Below are positions 51,653-61,244 of a DNA stretch of 64,000 nucleotides, piece after piece. The notes under the pieces were generated by a model, which worked only from the letters and a program-made list of their open reading frames with translations, was not told the origin of the DNA and did not search any database. Position numbers and translations under genes: made by a program. The DNA comes from a virus (lineage: Duplodnaviria; Caudoviricetes), in IMG/VR virus record IMGVR_UViG_3300021978_000001, positions 160,001 to 224,000 of that record, one strand, 5' to 3'. Position 1 is the stretch's first letter. Every line of letters begins with the position of its first letter.

Positions 51653-52355
51653 GTTTTTTCCTCTTGCCACGCAAAGATGCCAGCGCGTTAGCGGCATCGC
51701 TCAGGTCATCATCCAGGGTCTCAGCCTCTCCCGAAGCATCACCACGGACCGTCGCATTGCCTGTGCGCACCGTGGAAGGAACATAGATGTCATCCTCATC
51801 CTCCCACTCCAGGTCCGCGTCAGGCAGGGTCTTGACCTCACTGTCTTCTGTTGAAGAGCTGGGTGCATTAGACACGACCGGAGCCGCAACCGTGACAGGA
51901 CGCGTCAACAACTCTTGCATTTGCGCGAGCAACGCTGCTTGCGCATCCAGAAGACGCTCGGTGGTGTCCTGGAGACGCTTGTTCTGTTCCATCAACTCCT
52001 GGTGATAATCCTTGGATGCCTCCTTTTGTGGAGGCTCCTCTGCGGGCACAGGAGGCGTTACAGGGGGCTGAACAGGCGCCTCTTGTTTATGCGGGCGCGA
52101 GGGTCTAGGAGCGACTCGAACAGGCTTGGGAGGCTTGGTAGCGACTCTCGCGCTCGCGCGCGGTTGTGAATCCATGTAGTTCTTGATACGCACTTGCACC
52201 ACATAACCCAGACGAAACGCGTCTGCGAGGTCACGACTGCGCGAAGCACGCTCACGACTCAGGGAGATCTCCTGCCGATAGGGTACGGTGACCCCGAGAT
52301 CGACCAACTCATGGCCCCCTACGACCTCTCCTCGAATGATTATCATCTGTGCCAT
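51630..52355 (-). CDS. hypothetical protein (Pro-rich linker, coiled coil)
   Basis: Lies in the virion module. Confidence 0.65.
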   Translation of the reverse strand: MAQMIIIRGEVVGGHELVDLGVTVPYRQEISLSRERASRSRDLADAFRLGYVVQVRIKNYMDSQPRASARVATKPPKPVRVAPRPSRPHKQEAPVQPPVTPPVPAEEPPQKEASKDYHQELMEQNKRLQDTTERLLDAQAALLAQMQELLTRPVTVAAPVVSNAPSSSTEDSEVKTLPDADLEWEDEDDIYVPSTVRTGNATVRGDASGEAETLDDDLSDAANALASLRGKRKKRGKKNTT

Positions 52356-52369
52356 AATTCCCGTCCTTC

Positions 52370-52873
52370 TCAACCCCGACCACCAAACAGCGCACCAAAC
52401 CGTTGTACGATCTGATCGCGTGTTTGAGCCATTGCTTGCTGTTTCACTTTATCCATCGCACGCTTTGCGCCACGCTCCATAAAATTCTTACCTCGAAAAC
52501 CCGGATGACGCCAGCCTCCCTTTGCCATGGATGCTTTTGTCGCAGTACGAAACACCACCTTGCCCTGGTCTGTGATAATCGGAATAGGACGACGCGCCTT
52601 GGTCAAGTGTGTCATCTGATACGCCTTCACACCTCGATTGAGATACACCGCCGCAGGGTGAGACGAAGAGATCACGAGCTGGCCGTTCTGGACCTGGTAA
52701 GAGAAGGAATCGAGGAGCTTTACAGGAAGCCCCTGGAATGACGTGCGACGAATCTCAGCCTTGACCTCTCGTAGTACCACGGGTCCCAGGGTCTCCAAGA
52801 AGTTCTTCGAGGGAGATGACGTGTCTTTGAGAGGCGTGGACCTTGCCCCTGTGGGTTTGGCGGTATCTGGCAT
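52370..52873 (-). CDS. HK97 gp10-like neck/tail completion protein
   Basis: GWRHPGFRGKNFMERG resembles the gp10-type C-terminal motif. Confidence 0.55.
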   Translation of the reverse strand: MPDTAKPTGARSTPLKDTSSPSKNFLETLGPVVLREVKAEIRRTSFQGLPVKLLDSFSYQVQNGQLVISSSHPAAVYLNRGVKAYQMTHLTKARRPIPIITDQGKVVFRTATKASMAKGGWRHPGFRGKNFMERGAKRAMDKVKQQAMAQTRDQIVQRFGALFGGRG

Positions 52874-52959
52874 GAATCGACTCCTTGACCGAGATCACGA
52901 ACGTCGCCTCCCGGTTTTGCTCCGCGAGCAGGGCTTTGTACTCTTCGGACTCCATTGAT

Positions 52960-53643
52960 TCACTCTCCCTGGTGCTCTCGTAGCGCGGTGATGAAACCGA
53001 GCGGGTCTACACGAACGTGTACCTCATCTGAGGGAGACACATACACAACAGGGGCCGTGGGGCGATCTTCACCAAACATGTCTGCAACGCACATGATCAC
53101 TGGCGCGGGAGAACGATGAGGCATCACTTGCCTGGCAAGAGCGCGAACATCGAAGTCAGGCAACTGCCGCACAGACACCTCGAAGATGAGGAGGTCGTAA
53201 TTACGCCCGACAAGATAATCGGGACGACGCCCTCCCCGAGTAGACCCTAGAGACGCACAATGAATATTGCGACGCCCTTGCTTGACTCGTCGTTCCGACA
53301 TCAGGCGCGGCGTGGGACCGATATACGCTATCTGACACTCGGGGAACGCATCTGCAAAGCGCGACACTGCGTGAGAGTATCCCACATGCCGCCCGAGCGA
53401 GATCAGCAGATGATCATGATGCGTGAGGCGAATCCGGCGCGGGAGGTTGGTCACAAAGTGACGCCCACCACTAATGTACTCTTCAAAGAGCGACACGAGC
53501 ATATCCGTCGCCCAATCCAGGCGCGTGTTCCAACGCCACACCGGCATATGCTTGGAGCCACTTTGACACCAAAGCGATTCCTCCTCCAGAAGAGGGGAGG
53601 GAAGGTTCTGGAAGTGGCCCTCTTCCCACGCTTGAATCAACAC
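52960..53643 (-). CDS. hypothetical protein
   Basis: 227-aa ORF overlapping the upstream stop. Confidence 0.55.
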   Translation of the reverse strand: MLIQAWEEGHFQNLPSPLLEEESLWCQSGSKHMPVWRWNTRLDWATDMLVSLFEEYISGGRHFVTNLPRRIRLTHHDHLLISLGRHVGYSHAVSRFADAFPECQIAYIGPTPRLMSERRVKQGRRNIHCASLGSTRGGRRPDYLVGRNYDLLIFEVSVRQLPDFDVRALARQVMPHRSPAPVIMCVADMFGEDRPTAPVVYVSPSDEVHVRVDPLGFITALREHQGE

Positions 53644-53918
53644 TACTTCTCCTCGATCATGTCCATGCTTTGAGCCATCTCGATGACGGCGCGCGTCATG
53701 GTAGGGTACAACTTGTCGTTATCCAGGTCAATCTCACCCAATTCCTTGAGCACCTCGCCCTTGACCGCGTTAAAGAACGCCTCGGGCGCGTCCGTGATGC
53801 CGAGTTGTTGCTTTGTGATCTCACCGATCATCTTCTCGACATCGGTCTCGGGCGTATATGCCAGACGATCTGCGAGGTATTGTTGTGCGACGCGAGCCGC
53901 GAGCTTACGCATGTTCAT
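53643..53918 (-). CDS. small protein with RVA-type leader
   Basis: MNMRKLAARVAQQYLADRLAY; GAGGGA RBS. Confidence 0.65.
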   Translation of the reverse strand: MNMRKLAARVAQQYLADRLAYTPETDVEKMIGEITKQQLGITDAPEAFFNAVKGEVLKELGEIDLDNDKLYPTMTRAVIEMAQSMDMIEEK

Positions 53919-53928
53919 GGTGTCCCTC

Positions 53929-54921
53929 TCATGGATAGAAATAGGTCAAGAAGTTTTGCGGATGCCATGCACGATGCACTCGCCGCTCACAAGGCAATAG
54001 CTTTTCCAAAAGGCATTCTAAAGCCTCGCCCGAAAAGATTTCCGATTCGCTGAATCGGGCCACGCTATACCCTTTCCCTAAAAACAACTGATCACTCATG
54101 GCATCATGATGAGCCTTAACTACAGGGTCTACAAAGACGGTATTAGGCCCATGGAAAGCCTCACCATCACATTGCACTACAAGACAAGCGCCGCCCTGCG
54201 TTTCCAAAAGAAGATCAGCCTCTCTAACAATACGAGAGCTACCTTGTCCAAATGTAAACCAAGCATTCCTCCTCTTGATGAGGATCTGTTCTTCTTGCAG
54301 TTGAGCAACCAGGTGAGCTTCCAAAGAAGACGAGCTACATAAGCGCCCGAAATGCGCATCACGTTCGTCTTCAGTCAGATTCAACCACCACTCGCGAGCA
54401 CCTGAATGTGCTGCCTCAAGCGAACGCTGCGTGCCTTGTATCACTAACGCATCGTAATCCTCTTGCGTGTAAAAGGACAGGAAGCAGGATTTCAAGTAAG
54501 AGTAGCCCAACTTAAAGTGACCCATAGCATCCCTAATACCATTAGAAGCTATATAATCTGCGAAGACTTTGCGATCTAGTCGAGCAGGCTTTATACCAGA
54601 AAATCGTTGCAAGGGGTACTTGATGGGAGTCAGGGTAAGCGCTTCGTAGGCTCTTTTACCCAAAGAAGCCTTCAGCGCTACACAACGAGGGCATTGTTTT
54701 CGTTGCGATTGACTTTTATCTTCAACTTCCCATACGCTGGAGCACTTGCGGCATGTGAGCTGTTTACGGTATTGCGCCGTCCACAACATCCATTCTTCTT
54801 GTAATGCCACATGCGCATCGTCTGTAGCAGATACCAAGTGATTGACCCACGAGTACACACTGCGGAGAGGAGCATCGCATACGCTACAGCAACCAGGAAA
54901 TAAGTGAGAAGTTTTTGACAT
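53929..54921 (-). CDS. putative homing endonuclease (zinc fingers + DUF559/Vsr-like nuclease)
   Basis: CxxC...H...H, CRKC..CPRC, EADLL..VVQCDGEAFH, GYSVARFSESE; visibly AT-richer than flanks. Confidence 0.7.
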   Translation of the reverse strand: MSKTSHLFPGCCSVCDAPLRSVYSWVNHLVSATDDAHVALQEEWMLWTAQYRKQLTCRKCSSVWEVEDKSQSQRKQCPRCVALKASLGKRAYEALTLTPIKYPLQRFSGIKPARLDRKVFADYIASNGIRDAMGHFKLGYSYLKSCFLSFYTQEDYDALVIQGTQRSLEAAHSGAREWWLNLTEDERDAHFGRLCSSSSLEAHLVAQLQEEQILIKRRNAWFTFGQGSSRIVREADLLLETQGGACLVVQCDGEAFHGPNTVFVDPVVKAHHDAMSDQLFLGKGYSVARFSESEIFSGEALECLLEKLLPCERRVHRAWHPQNFLTYFYP

Positions 54922-54925
54922 AGCC

Positions 54926-56284
54926 TTAATAAGTGATGTTAGACCATACAGGCGTCCGTCCACGCTCTTCGATGCCATCTGGTGGCTCATCCGTACAATC
55001 ATCGCCGGTCTTGTCCGTGATCATCGGATAGCGCACGGCATCATCCGCGTCATCCCAGAGCCACGGACGCGTCTCAGGGAACGCGAGCGTGTCTGTTCCC
55101 ATCACTGGCACCTGGTAGCGAATGTCATGCTTATCGAGCAAGTTCACCGTGAAATGTTGCTGGAGGACGTTACCACGGTTGGTAGGCAAGCGCACCGGAC
55201 CGACCGAATAGCGATCCCCGTTGAGCTTGACGAAAAAGTCTCGCTGACTGAGCAACGGACGAGGCCCTGTCCACACATCGTAGCGCATCTCTTCGTAGCG
55301 TCCACGGTCCGTCTGGCGAATCTGCCGTTCGGTATCAGGAGGCGCGAGCAAAACCTCGTAAGGGCCTTCGTAGCCCCCGAGGATGCCCGTACCGAAGCAG
55401 CTCGGGCAATCATTGCGTGGATGAGGATCATTATACTGATTGCGACACCCACAAGGGACACCCTGGTATTTATGGATGAACATCTTGACGCGCTCGCCAC
55501 CCTGGTCGATCATCCAACGGTTGCGGCGAATCGCCTCGCGCCAGATGTAGTCCAGGTTCTCCATCTGGTGAATGTGACGCGATTGCGTCCACTGCAAGGG
55601 CGTCTCCTTGGTGTCCCCATCCCAGGAGTCGATACCGACCGTCGTGACGCGCCAGAAGGCGCGCTTGAAGAGGTCGAACTGGAGGCGATTCGAGTTGTAG
55701 GTGTAATCCACCGTCACCGTCGAATCCGGGAAAGGTAGCACAGGCTCGAAGCGCTCGTTCGTGCGTGGGTCGATCGTGTATGCCGTCTGGAGCACAACCT
55801 CTCCCGTCTCCCCATAAACCTTGGCGGGGCGTACCTGTTGGCCATCAATCGTGACGACCACATCATCCGGGCTATCCGCGAACGTGCGCGGGAACCCTGG
55901 CTTGATGATCGGGAAGTTGGCCGTCTTGAACGTCCAGTTATCCGCCTCATCTCCGCGCGAAAGGAAGCTCCCGGAGACGTCTTCTCCCACCACAGCCTGT
56001 TGGGTGGTTTCATCGCGGTAGTACGTGGCGCCGATGGGGTTGATGTTCAAGCGATCGAAAGGCCCGAACTCCGAGTCAAAGCTACGGTAGATGTTGACTC
56101 CGAGGATCTCGAAATCGTTGTTGTTCGGCAACAGAGCAGGATCATCCCAGTACAAGTCCACCGTGGGGAACTCGTGCTGGGCATCGAAGGCGAACTGCAC
56201 GTTGAAATTCAACGGCTGTACGGGGAAGCTGGGGTTTACCCGCTCCTTGACGGTGGTCCGTCTATCGCGTGGTCCTGCGGCCAT
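54926..56284 (-). CDS. probable neck/head-closure protein
   Basis: GERVKMF..CGC..CPSCFGTGILGGY; position in the structural module. Confidence 0.6.
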   Translation of the reverse strand: MAAGPRDRRTTVKERVNPSFPVQPLNFNVQFAFDAQHEFPTVDLYWDDPALLPNNNDFEILGVNIYRSFDSEFGPFDRLNINPIGATYYRDETTQQAVVGEDVSGSFLSRGDEADNWTFKTANFPIIKPGFPRTFADSPDDVVVTIDGQQVRPAKVYGETGEVVLQTAYTIDPRTNERFEPVLPFPDSTVTVDYTYNSNRLQFDLFKRAFWRVTTVGIDSWDGDTKETPLQWTQSRHIHQMENLDYIWREAIRRNRWMIDQGGERVKMFIHKYQGVPCGCRNQYNDPHPRNDCPSCFGTGILGGYEGPYEVLLAPPDTERQIRQTDRGRYEEMRYDVWTGPRPLLSQRDFFVKLNGDRYSVGPVRLPTNRGNVLQQHFTVNLLDKHDIRYQVPVMGTDTLAFPETRPWLWDDADDAVRYPMITDKTGDDCTDEPPDGIEERGRTPVWSNITY

Positions 56285-56338
56285 GCGTGATCATCTCCTC
56301 GAAGGTACCAGAATACGTTGAGAAACGCGCGCGCGAGC

Positions 56339-56776
56339 TTATGCAGGCTCGGCACGCGCGAGCTTGATAATAATCGCGCCAACTCGCGCCTCACCCTCCA
56401 CACTTTTCAGGCGCAGAAGAGGAGGAATCTTACCCCGCAATGCCTTTTCGAGATCTTCGGCCATACCCCAAGCCTGTCCCATGGCCTTTTGACTGTATCC
56501 CCGCATGGGCTTACGATAACTGAGCCAGATCTCGATAGTCTTTGTGCCCAGGTCTGAGGTAGAACGCAACACCTTGACAGGCATGGCCCTCTCCGCAGCA
56601 TCCCAAACTTTACGGACAGCCATGCCCAACTCACCCTCATCTGCAAGCTCCCTGTACGTGCGCTGATTCTCAGGGTACGCTTGTTTATCAAGGTGAGCGA
56701 TCACAGGCTTGAGGTTCTTACGAAGATCAGGATTCGCGGTCCCGAGACGAATGAGCGCTTGCTTGAGGTCTGACAT
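56339..56776 (-). CDS. leader-family protein A (putative internal head protein)
   Basis: MSDLKQALIRLGTANPDLRKNLKPVIAHLDKQAY. Confidence 0.75.
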   Translation of the reverse strand: MSDLKQALIRLGTANPDLRKNLKPVIAHLDKQAYPENQRTYRELADEGELGMAVRKVWDAAERAMPVKVLRSTSDLGTKTIEIWLSYRKPMRGYSQKAMGQAWGMAEDLEKALRGKIPPLLRLKSVEGEARVGAIIIKLARAEPA

Positions 56777-56872
56777 CTGAGTCCCTTGGTTAATACATGA
56801 GAAAAGGCACGATGCCTTACACATCGTGCCTCAAATATAAGTGCATCATCACCAGACGTTTAGCGCTTGCTG

Positions 56873-57376
56873 TCAGCGCTTGCGCACAAGCACGACACGA
56901 TCAGGAACAGCGTTGACATCCGACTTGTAGTGGATCGTGTTGCGTGACATATCCATCTCAAGCGTCCCCAGCCTCTTGCCTCCTCGACTCAGCTTCACCA
57001 CAAGCAGGGTGCCAGAGGGGTACAGGTTGGACGAAGCCACGGTGCGCTGATCGTACACGACCGTCACCAGCGCAGGCTTCGGCAGGGTCGCGCGATAAAG
57101 GACGAGCTTGTCGCCCTTGGACGCTCCTGTGAGGACACCTCGGATCTGACCCGTGAGGTAGGGCTGAACGGTTTGCTTGTAGAACGTGCGATCCTTCGTC
57201 TCGATCTCACGCTCAAGCTCCAGCACCCGGTTAACATCCCCACTCGAAAGCGCTGCACGAAGCTCCCCAAACATCTCGTTGGGGTCGATGATCGAGGAGA
57301 GCACGGCCTTGATATGTGGCCGCAATGCGGGGTTCGCATTGCCCAGGCGGATGAGTTTTTGTTTCAATTCGGACAT
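56873..57376 (-). CDS. leader-family protein B
   Basis: MSELKQKLIRLGNANPALRPHIKAVL. Confidence 0.75.
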   Translation of the reverse strand: MSELKQKLIRLGNANPALRPHIKAVLSSIIDPNEMFGELRAALSSGDVNRVLELEREIETKDRTFYKQTVQPYLTGQIRGVLTGASKGDKLVLYRATLPKPALVTVVYDQRTVASSNLYPSGTLLVVKLSRGGKRLGTLEMDMSRNTIHYKSDVNAVPDRVVLVRKR

Positions 57377-57421
57377 GACAGCCTCTTTGCAAAGGGTGAA
57401 GAGAAGAGTCGTAACCAGGCT

Positions 57422-57805
57422 TCAAGCCATGACAAGGCTTACCTGGTCTTCAGGGGTCAGGAAGTATGCAAAGCCATAGCGGTCTCGCTGAAACGCAGCA
57501 CCGATCATGTACGCTCCAAGCTCCATGACCGCTTCATCAGGCAAGTGCATGAAGATCGCCTCTTGCTCCTGGTAGTCATCCTGTGGCCAAGTGTACCAGA
57601 CCGTGCGACCAGTTGCCAACGTTTCAGAGAACATGACGAGACGCTCGGAAACCACTTCTTCAAGGTAGAGATAGACATCCTGGTGTTCGGTGAAGGCTTC
57701 ACGACGCTGACGCTGGGCTCGGGAGCCGAGCGGGACGTAGTAGAACGTGAAGTGAGAATGCGTGGAGGGCGTAAACGTATACAGTGAAGTAGGCTTGGTC
57801 CACAT
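57422..57805 (-). CDS. hypothetical protein
   Basis: 127-aa ORF with GAGGGG RBS. Confidence 0.6.
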   Translation of the reverse strand: MWTKPTSLYTFTPSTHSHFTFYYVPLGSRAQRQRREAFTEHQDVYLYLEEVVSERLVMFSETLATGRTVWYTWPQDDYQEQEAIFMHLPDEAVMELGAYMIGAAFQRDRYGFAYFLTPEDQVSLVMA

Positions 57806-57903
57806 GATCCCCTCGTCGGATATAGGTTGCCTGGATCAGCAAGTCTCAGGTCCGTATGACCTGGGAACACCTACAGAGAGGATGAGTGGATTAACGCCGA
57901 AAC

Positions 57904-58329
57904 TCAGCGGCGCAGCAACCGAAAGAGCCCCTCGGGACGATGCCTCGTCAGGTCTATTTCCCCGATGGTGCGCATCTTGAGGTCGTCCACGAAGATCTCC
58001 TCGACTTCATCCTGCGGCGCAGTGGCAAAACCCGTGTTGTTGTATAGCGAAAGGTAAAAACCCTCCCCTCCTGGACCGAACACCTCATGCGTGTAACCCC
58101 TACCCTGCGGACTATCTCCTCGATAGATCCCCCCACCACGAGCGATCTCATATATCTCGGTGCCCGTACCAAGGGCCTTCTCGATTATCCTTGTGATTTG
58201 AGCAAACGTAGGGAGCGCGGCTGCGTGCCTGTGCTGCGTGCTCAGGTGCGCAATAACGGGCTTGAGGTGACGACGAAGGTCAGGATTGGCATTCCCGAGA
58301 CGGATGAGCTGAGTCTTGAGATCGGACAT
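57904..58329 (-). CDS. leader-family protein C
   Basis: MSDLKTQLIRLGNANPDLRRHLKPVIAHLSTQHRHAAA. Confidence 0.75.
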   Translation of the reverse strand: MSDLKTQLIRLGNANPDLRRHLKPVIAHLSTQHRHAAALPTFAQITRIIEKALGTGTEIYEIARGGGIYRGDSPQGRGYTHEVFGPGGEGFYLSLYNNTGFATAPQDEVEEIFVDDLKMRTIGEIDLTRHRPEGLFRLLRR

Positions 58330-58369
58330 GGAAGGTCTCCCGGTTGGAGGTTGAGGAGTTAGAAACGAC

Positions 58370-59152
58370 TTAACGCCCATCCCACCTGCGCGCAGCGCGG
58401 TCGATGACGTCTTGCAGCAGGGCCATGAACGTGTTGACATGCTTGGTCAGGAGCTTCATGTCTGCGCGTTCGTCTCCCGTCAGCTCGATGCGGCGCGAAC
58501 CAGTCGTTCCATCCTGGAACCAGGCAGAAACCGTCACGGTGTTCGGGAAGCGAGGAGAGAACTCAAGAAGCACCCACTCGCGCCTTCCACCAATCTGATA
58601 GTTCAGCGCCTCGCGCGAACTCTCGTAGGCATCGTAATCGAGGCGTTCCTTGGCGCGCACGCGCTCCATGAGACGCTTCACATATGCCGGGTCCGCATCG
58701 CTCGCGGTGCGCGTGAGCTGCGCGAGCACAGGAGTGATGTGGGGCCGCAATTCGGGGTGAAGGTTTCCGATGCGGACAAGCGCGTCACCGAGAGATGCGC
58801 TCTTGCTCTGCATCGCAGCGACCATATCCTCGAACACCTGCTTGATCTTGTTGTAGACCCCCTGGAGGTCCGAGCTGTTGTGCGTGATCTTGATGCGAGT
58901 ACGCCCCAGAAGATACCGCGCGGCCTGGTCGAACGCGTCCGCAATGACCACCTCATCTTCCTTCAACCACACATCCGTGGTGCCACGAATACCATCCACG
59001 AGCACTTGCCGCCTCGCAGATTTCGATCCTGTGCCACGGTAGTTTTGCTTGACCGAGGTGGCGCCCACATCCCGCTTCAGATCTCGAAGTTTACGAGAGA
59101 GCTTGGTGTTGAACTCGCCGGGGTCCATGTTTGCTATGCGTGTAAGATTCAT
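58370..59152 (-). CDS. two-domain protein D with internal leader copy
   Basis: MNLTRIAN...KSASLGDALVRIGNLHPELRPHITPVLAQLTRTAS. Confidence 0.75.
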   Translation of the reverse strand: MNLTRIANMDPGEFNTKLSRKLRDLKRDVGATSVKQNYRGTGSKSARRQVLVDGIRGTTDVWLKEDEVVIADAFDQAARYLLGRTRIKITHNSSDLQGVYNKIKQVFEDMVAAMQSKSASLGDALVRIGNLHPELRPHITPVLAQLTRTASDADPAYVKRLMERVRAKERLDYDAYESSREALNYQIGGRREWVLLEFSPRFPNTVTVSAWFQDGTTGSRRIELTGDERADMKLLTKHVNTFMALLQDVIDRAARRWDGR

Positions 59153-59176
59153 GTCGCTTTCTCCAATGGAAAGGGC

Positions 59177-60067
59177 TCAGATGCCCAGGAATTTGCGTGG
59201 AGTGAGGCTTCCGTTACCCGTCACAGGGCCGAAAGACGAGCGCACACCCAAACCATAGCGAGACTGACGAAGCCCTCGCATGTACTTGACCGTGCGCTGC
59301 TTGCCGTCAGTCATCATCTTCTCGAACTGCTGCTCTGCGTTCTGCTTGAGCGACTCGTATTTCGAGCTGCGTTCGATCGAGAGACTGACACCACCAATAC
59401 TGTAATCGAACTCGTCCGCGATCCAGTTGAACGTCAGCGCCATGGCTGCCATCGCCATGGCGCCCGTGATCACCCAGGGAATCCAGTTGCGTTGACCCGC
59501 GACCATGGCGTTGACATCCGGGAAGCCTGTAGCAGGAGGATAGGAGTTGATGAGCAAGACCGACTGGTCGAGGTACTCCAACAACTCCTCATCCTCCCAG
59601 ATGTAGGCGAAGACACGGTTGAACTGATTGACCGTCCCCGAGGAGGTCGGAGGGCGGAAGTGGTAGTTGCGATCCGGGTTGTTATCACGTAGACGAATCC
59701 GCAGGCGCCGGATCATGTCCAGCTCGGTCGCGGTGAACGTCACGAGCTGCAAGGTGGACGGCTCGACGATCTCGAACTCTTCGAGCACCGTATTCACCGG
59801 GTCCCCTGCATTTTCGGTGATCGACCACCGGATGCGATACAGCCCATACGCCACGTTCTCAGGAACCTGGAAGTGTGCGTAATACTGCCCCACACCCGTG
59901 CGCACAGGATCACGCGCCGCTGGACCGATCAAGACCTCGGAGCCTGTTGTCACATCATACAGGGCATACGTGATCTCGAACGGGTCCACCGGCTGGTTGG
60001 CGCCGTCGAGAACCTCGATGTCCAGGTCTGTAGGCTCGGTGATCGAACCCCGGGTGAGTTGCAGCAT
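59177..60067 (-). CDS. probable head-tail connector/adaptor protein
   Basis: Ig-like N-terminus plus helical C-terminus; structural context (inference). Confidence 0.5.
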   Translation of the reverse strand: MLQLTRGSITEPTDLDIEVLDGANQPVDPFEITYALYDVTTGSEVLIGPAARDPVRTGVGQYYAHFQVPENVAYGLYRIRWSITENAGDPVNTVLEEFEIVEPSTLQLVTFTATELDMIRRLRIRLRDNNPDRNYHFRPPTSSGTVNQFNRVFAYIWEDEELLEYLDQSVLLINSYPPATGFPDVNAMVAGQRNWIPWVITGAMAMAAMALTFNWIADEFDYSIGGVSLSIERSSKYESLKQNAEQQFEKMMTDGKQRTVKYMRGLRQSRYGLGVRSSFGPVTGNGSLTPRKFLGI

Positions 60068-60079
60068 GACGGTCGCCTA

Positions 60080-61207
60080 TCAGAAGTGGTCTTTCTTGAC
60101 GTACTTGACCTGGTTCGCCAACTCGTCGAAGTCATCTTCGATGTCCTCGAACTCCTGATAGATGCGGCGGTCCTCGATCTCGTCGATCCACTTCGCGCCT
60201 TCACGGGAGAGGTCGAGGAACATCTTCTCGACCTTGGCCAACATGGAACTCGAAAGGTCACGTTCCATCTCGCGGCGTGCCTGGTCGAGCTTGCGCATCC
60301 ATCCCTTGGCGTTGGGCAGATCACGCTCATAGCGCTTGAGAGCCTTGCCATAGTGCTTGAGGACATTCTCGAAGAATCCCCAGACCTCCTCGAACGCGCC
60401 TTCGGCCTTGCGAGCTTTCTCACGCTCGACGCTCTCTTCGAGGTCCGACGACATGTTGTCCTGGATCTTGCGGTAAGCGTCTTTGACTTCCTTGCCGACC
60501 TCACGCATGACCTTACCACCATCCTCGAACAAGGACTCGAAGGTGCGTGCATCACCACCGTGACCGCTCAGGTCCATATACATCTCGTAAGAGAAGTCAC
60601 TCATCTCCTTGAGCGCTTCCTCGATGAACTGAGGCGCGGACGCATCCATCTCCACGATGTCTGCGGGCTTTGGCATGTCGGGGGCGAGGTCAAGCTCGGG
60701 AGCTGCCATGTCAGGCGTGTTCAGGAGAGCATCCTGCATCTGGTATCGAGGCGAATCACGTAGCGCGCGATCCTGTTCGAGCTGCTGCTTGGTGACAAAG
60801 GGGTGTCCCTTCGCATAGAACCTGCCCCACTTGACGTTCTCTGCGTTCTTGGGGTCGAGCGCATACTCTCGAAGCGCTTGCTCGACCTTGTGCGCGAACG
60901 CGCTGAAAGCGTTGAGCGTCTTGAAGGTGACCTCACCGTGCAAGCCGTCACGATACTCCTTGGAGTAGTTCTGCTCGAACGCGATGTCGATCAAGCCCTC
61001 GATGAGCTGGTTGTTGATGCCAGGCCCAACATAGCTCCGCGCATCAGCAACACGACGGTTCAAGAGGTTTGCCTGGACGCGTCGCTTCTGACCACGCAAC
61101 ACCACCTGTTGTGGCGTGAAAGTCAACGTCGCGATGATGGGCTTGAGGCTTTGACGAAGCTCGGGAGTCTTGGTCCCGAGACGGATGAGCTGCTTACGGA
61201 TGTTCAT
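60080..61207 (-). CDS. leader-family protein E (helical, 375 aa)
   Basis: MNIRKQLIRLGTKTPELRQSLKPIIATL...RRVQANLLNRRVAD. Confidence 0.75.
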   Translation of the reverse strand: MNIRKQLIRLGTKTPELRQSLKPIIATLTFTPQQVVLRGQKRRVQANLLNRRVADARSYVGPGINNQLIEGLIDIAFEQNYSKEYRDGLHGEVTFKTLNAFSAFAHKVEQALREYALDPKNAENVKWGRFYAKGHPFVTKQQLEQDRALRDSPRYQMQDALLNTPDMAAPELDLAPDMPKPADIVEMDASAPQFIEEALKEMSDFSYEMYMDLSGHGGDARTFESLFEDGGKVMREVGKEVKDAYRKIQDNMSSDLEESVEREKARKAEGAFEEVWGFFENVLKHYGKALKRYERDLPNAKGWMRKLDQARREMERDLSSSMLAKVEKMFLDLSREGAKWIDEIEDRRIYQEFEDIEDDFDELANQVKYVKKDHF

Positions 61208-61244
61208 GTCAGGGTTCTCCCGAGCTTGAGGTTAAGGGGTAACT

